Position numbers and translations under genes: made by a program | Notes under the pieces: generated by a model | Told to the model about the DNA's origin: nothing | Databases searched by the model: none | Seen by the model: the letters and a program-made list of their open reading frames with translations, nothing else | DNA from: a virus | Lineage: Duplodnaviria > Caudoviricetes | Length of the DNA stretch: 64,000 nucleotides | Direction: 5' to 3' (one strand) | Virus record (IMG/VR): IMGVR_UViG_3300001598_000001 | Coordinates: 1-64,000 of that record | Part shown: piece by piece, positions 52,374 to 62,315 of the stretch | Layout: each line of letters begins with the position of its first letter | Numbering within the stretch: position 1 is the stretch's first letter

Positions 52374-52766
52374 ATGATTTGTTGTAAAATTATTTTTGAT
52401 TATCAAAATCCTCAAGGGGATTTTAAATTATTATTAGAAAAATTAGGATCTTATGGTGATGTTCTATGAGATCAACATACTTTATATTTTAGTGACACAT
52501 CTGGCAATATAACTGAACAACAAATTGTATCGGTTATACAAAGCTGTAAATATAGTAAAATTTTTATTGACAGTTATGATCGTAACAATCAACCAAATTA
52601 TGAAAACGATTATGTGATGGGATGACTTACAGATCATTTAATGAAAATTTCTTATAATTTATGTGAGCAAGCTAGTCAAAAAACTTTTCAAGACATATCT
52701 AAAGGATTAGACATTTTAAATGAACAATTAGATAAACAATTAAGTGAACAAAAAAACAACATTTAA
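52374..52766 (+). CDS. Hypothetical protein, 130 aa; 2 TGA=Trp
   Basis: AAGGAG RBS; open to TAA 52764 with TGA readthrough. Confidence 0.7.
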
Positions 52767-52795
52767 AATAGATCAATACTATAGGAGGTTACAAT

Positions 52796-54628
52796 ATGGA
52801 AAATGAACAAGAAAAGAAAAAAGTTGGACGTCCAAAAAATAACCCAATAGTTCAAGAAGTCGTCGATGAAAAAAATCAAGATCGTTTAGATATGGAAAAA
52901 CGATCTCAAGAAGAATATATCACTATTGATGATTTGGGAAAACGTTGGAGTGCTACTTTTCAAAAAATTGCTGCATTAGATCAAACTACTGGTATTGGTA
53001 CTGTAGCAACACAATGAAATAAATTAAATCCATTTTTACAAAATCAAAGAATTAAAAATTTATATAGTACAGCACGTACTTATAACAAAGCTAATATTAG
53101 TGAATTTTTAGCTAATCCAGCTAATTTTGAAAAAGAGTTACGTAGTCTTAGCTGGGCTAATAGTAGTAGTCAACAAATTTATTATAATATTTTAAGACGT
53201 GCTAGTGATATTCCATTATATAATTATTATTTAATACCAGAATTATTAGATATAGAAGAATATAATGATAAAGATTTTCAATCTGAAGATAGACTAATTC
53301 ATGAATGGGTTGAAACTTTTAATATTCCTAATACTTTTAAAACAATGGCTTTAGAAATTAAGAGAGAGGGAAAGTCTAGCTATTTATTACGAAATAAATT
53401 TATTGGAGAAGGTAAAAACAAACATGTTGGTTTTACTACTTTACAAAAGTTACCAAGTGATTGAGTAAAAATTACTGGTAAATCACAATTAGGTTTTACC
53501 ATCTCATTTGATATGATGTATTTTCTTAACATTGCTAATTCACCAGCAGATTTTGGTGATTTTATGGTCAAAGCTTGAGCTGATATGGTAAATAAAGGTA
53601 TTGTTACTAATACTGACAACCAAGGAAAATGAGAATTTAATTCTGGTAAAGCTGCAAATTATAGTTTTAATTATGGTAATAATAATTATGCTTCTACGAT
53701 TGAAATTATGAAGAAAGGTCGTAAGATGAACTACATGTTCTGGTTAAAATTACCTTTTGATATTTGTTATACTTTTGGAAGTGATAATTCACAACCTTGG
53801 GTAGCGCCAGATACTATGGGATTAATGTTGAAATTACAAGAATTAACTGACTATGGACAATTAGCTGGTTTAATAGCTAGCACACCTTTAACTGCTGTAT
53901 TAACTGGAGAAATTGAAACAATTGATAATCCAAGAGCTGGTAAAAATGAATCAGTATATAGTCCAGAAGTATTACAAGGATATATGACTCAATTTAATCA
54001 AGCCACATCAACAAATGTTGAAGCCTGGTTATGGCCAGCAAAAAATATTAAATTACAACAATTATCTTCAGATGTTAATTCATCTGAAATAATTTCTTCA
54101 GCAACTGAAAATTTTGTTTCTACAGCTGGAGAAGGTGGTTTAACTATTACTACTGAAAAACCTAACGTTGCACAAGTTACTGTTACAAAACAATTAGCTG
54201 CGGCACAACAAAATTATGTTACTTTACAATTTGAAAATGTTTTAAATTATATTATTAAACATAAATTAGGTTTTTCTTATGCATGAAAAATTAAAATTTG
54301 AGGAGATGTTTTTAATCACGAAAGCGATCGTAAATTTTTAAAAGAAGTTGTCGCTAATGGTAATATTGCATTATTACCAAAACTAATGTCCGCAGAAGGA
54401 ATTTCTATTCGAGATACTAAAGCAATGACGGAGTATATCAAAACATTTGATTTTTATAAAGATTTTATGACTTATACTCAAACAACTCAAATTGCTCAAA
54501 AAGAAGAAGATGAAGCACAAGGAGCGGTTGGAAGACCTGGTTTAGACGATGAAGAAATAGACAATGATGCAACAGCTGCATCTAAAGAAGCTGGTACTAA
54601 TACTAGTGATAATCGTGACCAGGAGTAA
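52796..54628 (+). CDS. Portal protein, 610 aa; 6 TGA=Trp
   Basis: Position after terL; LANPANFEKELRSLS and C-terminal GRP; TGA at 53015, 53462, 53576, 53630, 54284, 54299. Confidence 0.8.
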
Positions 54629-54641
54629 TGGGGGTATAAAT

Positions 54642-55136
54642 ATGAGAATGACAGAAGAAACTTATAATAAGTTAAATTTATTAATGGCCGAATGTTTTGA
54701 TGGAAATGCGGTAATTGATAATTTGGCATATAATTTAGATTTTTATTATTTTAATGAAATTGCTGATATTGTACATCATCAAATTGCACACATATTACCT
54801 GAATGGGCTGATATGATTAGTAATAAAATGTTAGAATTATCTGCAAGACCAATTAGATTAGACATTGGTGGTTATCAAGATGATATATCAAATTTAACTG
54901 AAATTTTTACTATTTTGTATAATACAATAAGAAAAATTTTAGAAGATACAAGGTCATTAATCGCCACAGCAGATATGAACGGTGACGATGAAGTTAGAAT
55001 TTTTGCAGAAAGTTTTTTAGAAAAAGTGAGTTCCTATGTAAAACAAGGAGAAGAGTGGGTTAATTCTTCAAAAACATTAACTCCTGCTGAAATGAATATA
55101 CACATTAAACAGTATACTCATTTTATTAAATTGTAA
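54642..55136 (+). CDS. Helical protein, possible ferritin-like fold
   Basis: Amphipathic helices with a His/Glu pattern. Confidence 0.55.
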   Translation: MRMTEETYNKLNLLMAECFDGNAVIDNLAYNLDFYYFNEIADIVHHQIAHILPEWADMISNKMLELSARPIRLDIGGYQDDISNLTEIFTILYNTIRKILEDTRSLIATADMNGDDEVRIFAESFLEKVSSYVKQGEEWVNSSKTLTPAEMNIHIKQYTHFIKL

Positions 55137-55140
55137 AACT

Positions 55141-55590
55141 ATGGAAGCTAGTCAAATTATTTCACTAGTTATAAGCATTTTATCTTTTTTCGGAATAGGC
55201 ACTATATTTGCCCAATTTTGAAAAGATAAATATGAAAAAAAACAACAAGAAACTCAACAAGCTAAAGAACAACAAAAAAGACAAAAACAAGAAGAAATGC
55301 GTGAAGTAATTCATCAAGAAAATGTTGAGATTATCAAACGTATTGAAAAAATTGAAAGAAATACAGATTTGTCTCTTGAAGCTGATGTATTAGCTTTAAG
55401 ATGTAATATGAAAGCTATTATGGAAAGATGTAAACACCAAGGTTATTCAGACATTGGAGATAAATCAACTATGAAACAATTAAGGAAAAAATATGAAGAA
55501 CTTGGTGGTAATGAATTTAAAAATTACGTTGATCATTGGTGTAATTTAGTAAAAACATTACCAGATAGTAAAGAAGAAGGAGGAAAATAA
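55141..55590 (+). CDS. Single-TM coiled-coil protein (holin-like); 1 TGA=Trp
   Basis: N-terminal TM, TGA 55219, YEELGGN motif. Confidence 0.65.
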
Positions 55591-55592
55591 TC

Positions 55593-57212
55593 ATGGAAAC
55601 TAAAAAATTATATTTTGATATTGATGCTAGTACCATAGATATTAAGCCTCTATTACGTAAAGATTTTTTAGAGTTGTCAATGAAAGCTATCAGTAGTGCA
55701 AATCCTAATAGAAACAATTCTTGGTTTACTAGAGAATCTATGGAAAAATCTATTGACACCTTTAGAAACAAACCAATTTTAGGTTATTTTGAAAACGGAG
55801 ATTTTGTTAGTCACAACGGTGAATGAACCAGTGATTCCGAAACTCAAATGGAATATTGGGACACATTAGGTAAAAAAGGAGAAAGAATTTTAGGACTTAT
55901 TCGTAGTGAAGATGAAGTTAAAATCGTTGAAGATAAAAACGGATTATCTTGAATTTGTCTTTCTTGTGCTTTATGAACTCAATATAGTTTTAAACAAGTT
56001 AAGCGTTTATTAAAAGATGCAAAACGAGCAAAGCAAACAGGTGAAGCTACTAAAAATGTTTCGGTAGAAGTAGATATCACTGATTATGAAATGCTTGAAA
56101 ACGGCGTTATGAAAATTAACGCGTTTAATTTAATCGGTATTACTATTCTTGGTTCTAGAAATGGTGTAAAAGTAGAACCAGGTATTGAAGATGCTGAATT
56201 ATCTGTTGTTGATATCATGGGTAGAGAATTATATGAAAGACAGGCAAATAGTATAAGACTTGCTTATGAAAGATTAGACAACAAAGTACAAAAGGAGGAA
56301 TTTTCTCAAATGGATAACGAATTAAAAACAGAAAACATTGAACAACCAGTTGTTCCAGAAAATTCTGATGTCATTGTTAACGATGTTATAGTAGAAGAAC
56401 CAAAAGAAGAAAACATTGTTATCGAAGAAGCTGAATCCACAGAACCTGTTTCTGAAGAACCAAAAGCAGAAGAAGTTATCATGGAAGAAAAAACTGAATC
56501 AATTGAAAATGTTGAAACAGATAATTCTGTAAACGATTCAGAAAACGTTCCAGAAGAATCTACAGTTATTGTAGAAGAAAAAACTGAAGAAATTAATGAA
56601 CATCTAGAAGAAAACAACGATTGTCATTGTGAAGAACATGATGAAAATCCCGATGAAGAAGAAAAAGATGACGAAGATGAAGATGAAGATGAAGAAGAAA
56701 TAGAAGAACCAAAAGAAGAGGAACATGAAGAAGAAGAAATTTGCCCTGGATGTGGTAAAAATCCTTGTGAATGTGAAAAACATACTTGCGAAGAGCAAGT
56801 AGATTCTGTTGATTCTATTGAAGTCATTAATTGGGAAGAAAAATATGGTATTCTAGAGCAAGAATTTAACACTTTAAAAGAACAATATGAAAATGTTGTT
56901 AAAGATTTAAGTATTTATAAAAAAGCTGAATTTTTAAGTCATGCTAAAGAATTATTAATTCAATCAAAGATTACTGAAAAAGCTGTTGAAGATTTTTACA
57001 CAGCATGTGAACAAGATGAAATTACTAATTTAGATGATTTAAAAGTTAAAGTTGCTTTGTATATGCTTGATAAAACTATTAAAATTGAAGAAGTTGGTTT
57101 TGAAACTTCTGCAATTATTACACCAGACACTAAATCTGCTTTTGAAACAAACAAAGGCAAAGAAGCAAAGAAGACAAATTGGTCCACTTTGCAAGAATAT
57201 ATTGGTAAATAA
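55593..57212 (+). CDS. Prohead protease / scaffold fusion, 539 aa; 3 TGA=Trp
   Basis: NRNNS, NKPILG, DFVSH, SVEV, GITILG..EPG, then an acidic scaffold region; TGA at 55824, 55950, 55974. Confidence 0.8.
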
Positions 57213-57231
57213 AAAAGATCTTTTATTTAAT

Positions 57232-57260
57232 TTGCATTTTTTATAAAAACCCAATATAAT
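57232..57260 (+). promoter_or_regulatory. CCCAT-type promoter for the capsid operon
   Basis: TTGCAT-17bp(..ACCCAA)-TATAAT. Confidence 0.75.
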
Positions 57261-57447
57261 ATTATTATATTAGAGCTAGGAACTCGTTAAACTCATCTCG
57301 TATATTTTATTTATACGTATATTTATGGATTAAAACATTAATTATATTAATTATTATTTTTTATAGAGCCGAACTATAAAAAATTTTGTATTATATATAA
57401 TAATGATTTTAATATTTTTAAAAAATTTTTTAAAAGGAGAAACAATT

Positions 57448-57987
57448 ATGGCATATGTTTTTAAAAGAGGCAAAATGGCTAGTGGCGTTTTAGATGTCAT
57501 GTTAGCTAATGCTGTTTGTACAAGCGGTGTAAAAGATGGTTCTTTACTAGTTCTTGGAAACTTAGCTTCAGATACTACTTACAGTGCTACAGGTGTTGAA
57601 TATGACACTTATGTTGCTACTGCTCCAGCTGCAGCAACAAACGAAGTTGTTATTTGTGATTATGCTGGAATTTCAGAAGGCATTATTTCAGGTAACGAAT
57701 ATAAAATGGGAAATAAATTATATGATTTAGAAGTACCAGCAGGTGAAATCTTCAGAGTTAGAAGATTAGGATTACATGATAAATTCTGGTTAGGCGAACA
57801 TAACTTTGTTGGAAATTCTCCAGTTGTTGGCGAATATGCAACTGCAACTGCAGGTGACTGCAGACATACTCCAGCTGCATCATTACCAGCATCAGGTTAT
57901 GCAGTTAAAATTTTATTATCAGAAGATTTAACAGCAGGTATGGCTTCAAAAGGATTAATTTATCTTTGCGAAGTTGTCCAATTATAA
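57448..57987 (+). CDS. Head decoration / capsid-associated structural protein
   Basis: Lies between protease and capsid; Ala/Gly/Thr-rich; AAGGAG RBS. Confidence 0.7.
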   Translation: MAYVFKRGKMASGVLDVMLANAVCTSGVKDGSLLVLGNLASDTTYSATGVEYDTYVATAPAAATNEVVICDYAGISEGIISGNEYKMGNKLYDLEVPAGEIFRVRRLGLHDKFWLGEHNFVGNSPVVGEYATATAGDCRHTPAASLPASGYAVKILLSEDLTAGMASKGLIYLCEVVQL

Positions 57988-58006
57988 TTAGGGAGGGCTT
58001 AGAGTT

Positions 58007-58498
58007 ATGAAAAAATATTTTGGATACACAAAAAGCTCTGATGAAGTTTTTAATTCATTAGTTGAAAATACCCTTGAATTAGCTAGAGAAGCTCACGAAG
58101 GTAAAAAATCAGCAAATTATGCTGAAAAGAATTCTGACTTACTTGTTGCTATGGGTAAGAAAGCTATTGAAGGTACTAGATTTGAAGCTGATTTTGAAGC
58201 TGAAGGTTTAGCTATCTACAATAAGCCAATGGTAAAATCTAACACCACAGTTAGAGAAAACTTCAACGCAGTTATTGCACAAGTTGTTACTGCAATAGTT
58301 CCTGAAGTTGTCAACGATACTTTCTCACAATTTATCGCTGAAGTTCACCAAGTTGGTTATGGTGAAACTGCAAGATTCATTATTGAATCTAACGATTTAT
58401 TCAAAGTCAATTCTAAAGCTGAAGGCGTTAGAAAAGGCGTTGATCAACCTATGTTTGATGATGAAATTACTGTAAATGCAAAACCAGTCACAGTCGAT
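58007..58498 (+). CDS. Major capsid protein, exon 1
   Basis: FIAEVHQVGYGETARF; ends AKPVTVD at the 5' splice site. Confidence 0.85.
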
Positions 58499-59001
58499 TA
58501 ACCTGTTTACTGTCAAGTAAACTAACCAGTCGGCATATACAGAAATGTGTATGTAGTGCTAAGAGTTATTAGTCTTAGCCAACACTATCTTAATTGCTGG
58601 AAATCCCTAAAGCTATATAAACTACAACGTAAAACCTATTATTAGGTTTAAGCGTGAATGTTACGAAAGTAGAAAAAATTATATAGATGGCGCATGGTCA
58701 AATCCTAAACGCATATCCAATCATAAAATGGGAAATCAGCATCCAAGCTCGAAAGAGAAGGTTCAACGACTATCTCCCGTGAGGAGAGTAGGATCAAGTG
58801 ATCCGAAAGAGATAGGCCTTAACGTGTCATGACGAAGGATATAATATAGTCTATGCTTATATGAGAATATAAGAAGTTCACTAAAGAACTGTGTGAAAAA
58901 TAACGAATTCACATGAATTATGAAATATTTGAATATATGAATAAATAATCTTTATATATATTACAATTAAAAATAAAATAAACCCACTATAAAATGAAAT
59001 A

Positions 59002-59065
59002 TAGTAGTGGGACAGCAGGTTCGAAACTGTTTTCAATGACTTATCTAGTTGAATTACCACTATTA
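59002..59065 (+). ncRNA. Three-way-junction RNA element (copy inside the intron)
   Basis: TAGTAGTGG/CCACTATTA, AGCAG/CTGTT, TTCAA/TTGAA. Confidence 0.55.
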
Positions 59066-59068
59066 TTA

Positions 59069-59182
59069 TATTTACCTGATAAACAGTCTGCTGGAGAAAA
59101 TAAACGTATGCATGATTTAGGTTATCACAAACTTTGTGATTGTGGTACAAAAACTTGGGTGTATACTAAATATTGCAATTAA
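59069..59182 (+). pseudogene. Deleted remnant of an endonuclease gene paralogous to 59962-61497
   Basis: QSAGENKRMHDLGYHKLCDCGTKTWV versus QAAGEVARMHNKGYYRICDCGTKTWI. Confidence 0.85.
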
Positions 59183-59240
59183 TAACAATAATTAATTGTA
59201 GTATATATAAAGATTATTAAATATATTCAAAATTTCTCAG

Positions 59241-59834
59241 TGTTGTATTGATTGGTACCCATTTGCTGCTGGAATTTTCGACATGGGTAACTTTGCCCTA
59301 AAGATCGGTAGATCTTTCATGGCATACATTTTCTTAAAGGCTGTTAGAGGTATGACAGCTGCAACTAGTGCTTATGGTGCTGCTTATACTGTTGCTGGTG
59401 TTACACCAACTTTATTTGGTACTTTAAGAGAAAGAGTATCAGCTGCTAATGGTGGTATGAATGTTATTGCCATTGGTACTGCTGTTGCTTTAAGCCAATG
59501 TTCATTAGGTGGAAACTATCAAGTTGAAATTGGTGAAGAAATGAACAAAGTTGGATACTTAGATCAATATCTTGGTGTTCCATTAATTGGTTTAAAGAAC
59601 GTTTTAGTTCCAGGAACTACTAACACTACTGCTCAACTAGCTTTACCAGATGACAAGATTTATATGATTCCTGTCGGTGGAAGCAGACCAGTTAAGATCG
59701 TCTTCGAAGGCGACGAAGTTAGCGTTATGTTCAACCCAGAAACTACTTCTGACAAGAGATATGGATTATCTGTTGAATTAAGAGTTGGTGTTGAAGCTGT
59801 CTTAGGTGCGAAGTACGGAACTATCACTTTATAA
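59241..59834 (+). CDS. Major capsid protein, exon 2 (spliced product 361 aa)
   Basis: CCIDWYPFAAGIFDMGNF..GYLDQYLGVPL..PVKIVFEG. Confidence 0.85.
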   Translation, partial: CCIDWYPFAAGIFDMGNFALKIGRSFMAYIFLKAVRGMTAATSAYGAAYTVAGVTPTLFGTLRERVSAANGGMNVIAIGTAVALSQCSLGGNYQVEIGEEMNKVGYLDQYLGVPLIGLKNVLVPGTTNTTAQLALPDDKIYMIPVGGSRPVKIVFEGDEVSVMFNPETTSDKRYGLSVELRVGVEAVLGAKYGTITL

Positions 59835-59835
59835 T

Positions 59836-59864
59836 TTGTAAAATTATAAAAAACCCGTTATAAT
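59836..59864 (+). promoter_or_regulatory. CCCAT-type promoter (CCCGT variant) of the endonuclease gene
   Basis: TTGTAA-17bp-TATAAT. Confidence 0.7.
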
Positions 59865-59870
59865 ATAAAT

Positions 59871-59929
59871 AAGTGGGACAGTGGGTTGCAAACCATTTCT
59901 AAATACCTATATTATTTAGATTACCACTT
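59871..59929 (+). ncRNA. Three-way-junction 5' leader of the endonuclease gene
   Basis: AAGTGG/CCACTT, AGTGG/CCATT, TCTAAATA/TATTTAGA. Confidence 0.55.
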
Positions 59930-59961
59930 TTTTAAAAATCTATATAGGAGAGGAAAATACA

Positions 59962-61497
59962 ATGATAACCGTTGATAAAGAAGACATAGTAGAATATTAT
60001 ATTAATCAAAACCATTCAGTCCAACAAACAGCTGAACATTTTAATATTAATTGTAAAACTTTTTTTGGATGGCTACACAGATTAAATATTCACAAAGACA
60101 AAACATTAAGTCAACAAAATGCACAAAAAGCATTAAAAGATAAGCACATTATGGAAAATAATCATCCAACTAAAGATGAATTATATCAATATTATATTGT
60201 TCAAAATCATTCTGAAACAGAATGTTGTCAATATTTTTCAGTATCACGTTCGTCTATTCAACGTAGGATTAAAAAGTATCAATTAAATAAAGATACACAA
60301 CAAATTCAAAAATGTACCCAACATACTGTTTTAAATAAATATGGTTATAATTTTGTTTTACAAGATCCACAAATACAAAAAATAAATAAAGCACGACTAC
60401 AAGAAAAATACGGTGTACAAAATATTGCACAGCAATATATTCAACATTTAGATATATGGAATGATAAAGATAAATTTGTAAAATTTTTAAAACAGCAAAA
60501 TGTAAAAATGACAGCAGTAAGTTTGGGTAGATATTTTAATGCTCATATAAGTACTTGTTTGAGAAAAATCCATAGTTTGGGGTTAGAAAATCTTATTGAT
60601 ATTAAGCCTGCTACATCGCAATATGAACAAGAAATTATTGATTTATTACATAATGAGTTTAATATTGATAATATTATTCAAAATGATAGAACAGTATTAA
60701 ATGGGAAAGAAATTGATATTTATTTACCAGATTATAATTTTGGAATTGAATTTAATGGTGAATATTGGCATTCAGAAATTGGTCACCCTCATTATGCTGA
60801 AAGAAATGGTAGATCCACTTATCACCAACAAAAATCTTTAGAGGCAGAACAAAAGAATGTTTTTTTATTTCATATTTTTGAACATGAATGGTGTGAACCA
60901 TTTACAACTGTAAATCCTAAATTTACAAATAGTCGTAAAAAAATTATTAGTCGTTTAAGATCAATATTACATTATAATGAAAAGACTATAGGTGCTCGTC
61001 AATGTGTAATAAAAGAATTAAGTTATGATGAAAAAACACAATTTCTAGATTGTAATCATTTTCAAGGTAATGATATATCTAGTAATTATTATTTAGGATT
61101 ATTTTATCAAAATGAGTTGGTTAGTTGTATGACTTTTGGTAAATCTAAATACAAAAAATATACCTGGGAACTAAGTAGATTTTGTAATAAAGAAAATTAT
61201 CAAATTCTTGGTGGTGCCTCAAAGTTACTTAAATATTTTGTAGATAATAAAATGTGTAAAAATGATATTTTAGTTTCTTACAGTGATATTACTAAAACTA
61301 GTGGAAATTTATATAAAACATTGGGTTTTACTAATACTCAAATTAATGATCCTAATTATTGGTGGGTTAATTTTAATACTGGTGATGTAAGAACTAGATA
61401 TCAAGAACAAGCTGCTGGTGAAGTAGCGCGTATGCATAATAAAGGATATTATAGAATCTGTGATTGTGGTACAAAGACATGGATTTTGAAAAAATAA
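59962..61497 (+). CDS. Free-standing Hef-like homing endonuclease (HTH repeats + PD-(D/E)XK nuclease + GNAT/Mom-like C-terminal domain)
   Basis: EIDIYLP..GIEFNGEYWHS..FHIFEHEW; NHFQG, WELSRF, GGASKLL, SYSD, GNLYKTLGF. Confidence 0.82.
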   Translation: MITVDKEDIVEYYINQNHSVQQTAEHFNINCKTFFGWLHRLNIHKDKTLSQQNAQKALKDKHIMENNHPTKDELYQYYIVQNHSETECCQYFSVSRSSIQRRIKKYQLNKDTQQIQKCTQHTVLNKYGYNFVLQDPQIQKINKARLQEKYGVQNIAQQYIQHLDIWNDKDKFVKFLKQQNVKMTAVSLGRYFNAHISTCLRKIHSLGLENLIDIKPATSQYEQEIIDLLHNEFNIDNIIQNDRTVLNGKEIDIYLPDYNFGIEFNGEYWHSEIGHPHYAERNGRSTYHQQKSLEAEQKNVFLFHIFEHEWCEPFTTVNPKFTNSRKKIISRLRSILHYNEKTIGARQCVIKELSYDEKTQFLDCNHFQGNDISSNYYLGLFYQNELVSCMTFGKSKYKKYTWELSRFCNKENYQILGGASKLLKYFVDNKMCKNDILVSYSDITKTSGNLYKTLGFTNTQINDPNYWWVNFNTGDVRTRYQEQAAGEVARMHNKGYYRICDCGTKTWILKK

Positions 61498-61569
61498 ATA
61501 TAATATTGTACTATGCCTTCTTTATTGAAGGTGTTTTTAATTAAAAGGAAACAAAAGGAGAAAAAAATT

Positions 61570-62250
61570 ATGGCTGAAACAAAAAATACTACTGCAGTAA
61601 AAACTGCAACTACTAAAACTACTACATCTACTAAAGAAAAACAATTAGAAGAACAAGTTGCTCAATTAATGGAACAAGTTAAAATTTTAACTTCTGCATT
61701 AAATGCAACTGCACAATCTAGCAATGTTGTAACTACTCCAACAGCAGTTAACAGTAATTCAGATGTTTCTTTAGTTTATATGTCTGATAGTTTAGGTGTT
61801 ATTCGTTATGGTAATGGCATTGAATTAAATTGCACTAGATTTGGTGAAGAATTTGTCATTACTCGTTCTGCTTTCGATGAAATCGTTGGAAGATATAGAA
61901 AGTGGTTCGATGCTGGTATGTTAGCTGTCTCATATAAAAATGTTGATGTAGCTGCTGCTAAAGGTGTTAGAACTGATAAAGAATATGCTTTAAGTGCGGA
62001 AAAATTACATGATTTAGGTAAAATATCTGTTCAAGATATTGAAAAATTATGGGAAGAAAACCCTACTGAAGCACATAGATTAAGTATTGTTACTTATTTT
62101 AAGAGAAAATTTATTGAAGGTAAAGAATCTGGATTCCGTGATAGAAGCAGAGTCGATTGCTTAAATAGATTAACTAACGGTGGATTTGCTCAAGAAAGCA
62201 GAGAATTAGGTGGAGATTATAAAATCAGACCTACTAATATGAACGATTAA
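61570..62250 (+). CDS. Conserved protein downstream of the capsid gene
   Basis: AAGGAG RBS; position. Confidence 0.7.
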   Translation: MAETKNTTAVKTATTKTTTSTKEKQLEEQVAQLMEQVKILTSALNATAQSSNVVTTPTAVNSNSDVSLVYMSDSLGVIRYGNGIELNCTRFGEEFVITRSAFDEIVGRYRKWFDAGMLAVSYKNVDVAAAKGVRTDKEYALSAEKLHDLGKISVQDIEKLWEENPTEAHRLSIVTYFKRKFIEGKESGFRDRSRVDCLNRLTNGGFAQESRELGGDYKIRPTNMND

Positions 62251-62315
62251 TAATAGTATTATAAAAGATAGATTATATAACTTAAATAACTCTTGTTAAG
62301 TAGGGGGTAGAGCAA

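Larger units (their letters stand above)
58499..59240 (+). mobile_element. Group I intron (IA2-like) in the major capsid gene, 742 nt
   Basis: P AATTGCTGGAAA 58592, Q AATCAGCATCC 58734, R GTTCAACGACTAT 58761, S ATAATATAGTCT 58841; P7.1/P7.2 present; P1 of exon GTCGAT with GTCGGC 58529 gives U.G at the splice site; terminal G 59240; splicing restores the frame. Confidence 0.92.

Noticed and set aside
56306-57254. Several minus-strand ORFs (also 7560-7793, 8172-8456, 37585-38085, 62693-62971)
   Set aside because: Antisense shadows of real genes with biased composition and no RBS.
59011-59031. tRNA (GGTTCGAA T-arm-like sequence), including a possible UGA suppressor
   Set aside because: No D-arm, anticodon arm or cloverleaf; it is part of the three-way-junction element. 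No tRNA was found in the window.
58994-59182. 62-aa functional intron ORF
   Set aside because: No RBS; its first third is the RNA leader and the rest is a truncated nuclease C-terminus.
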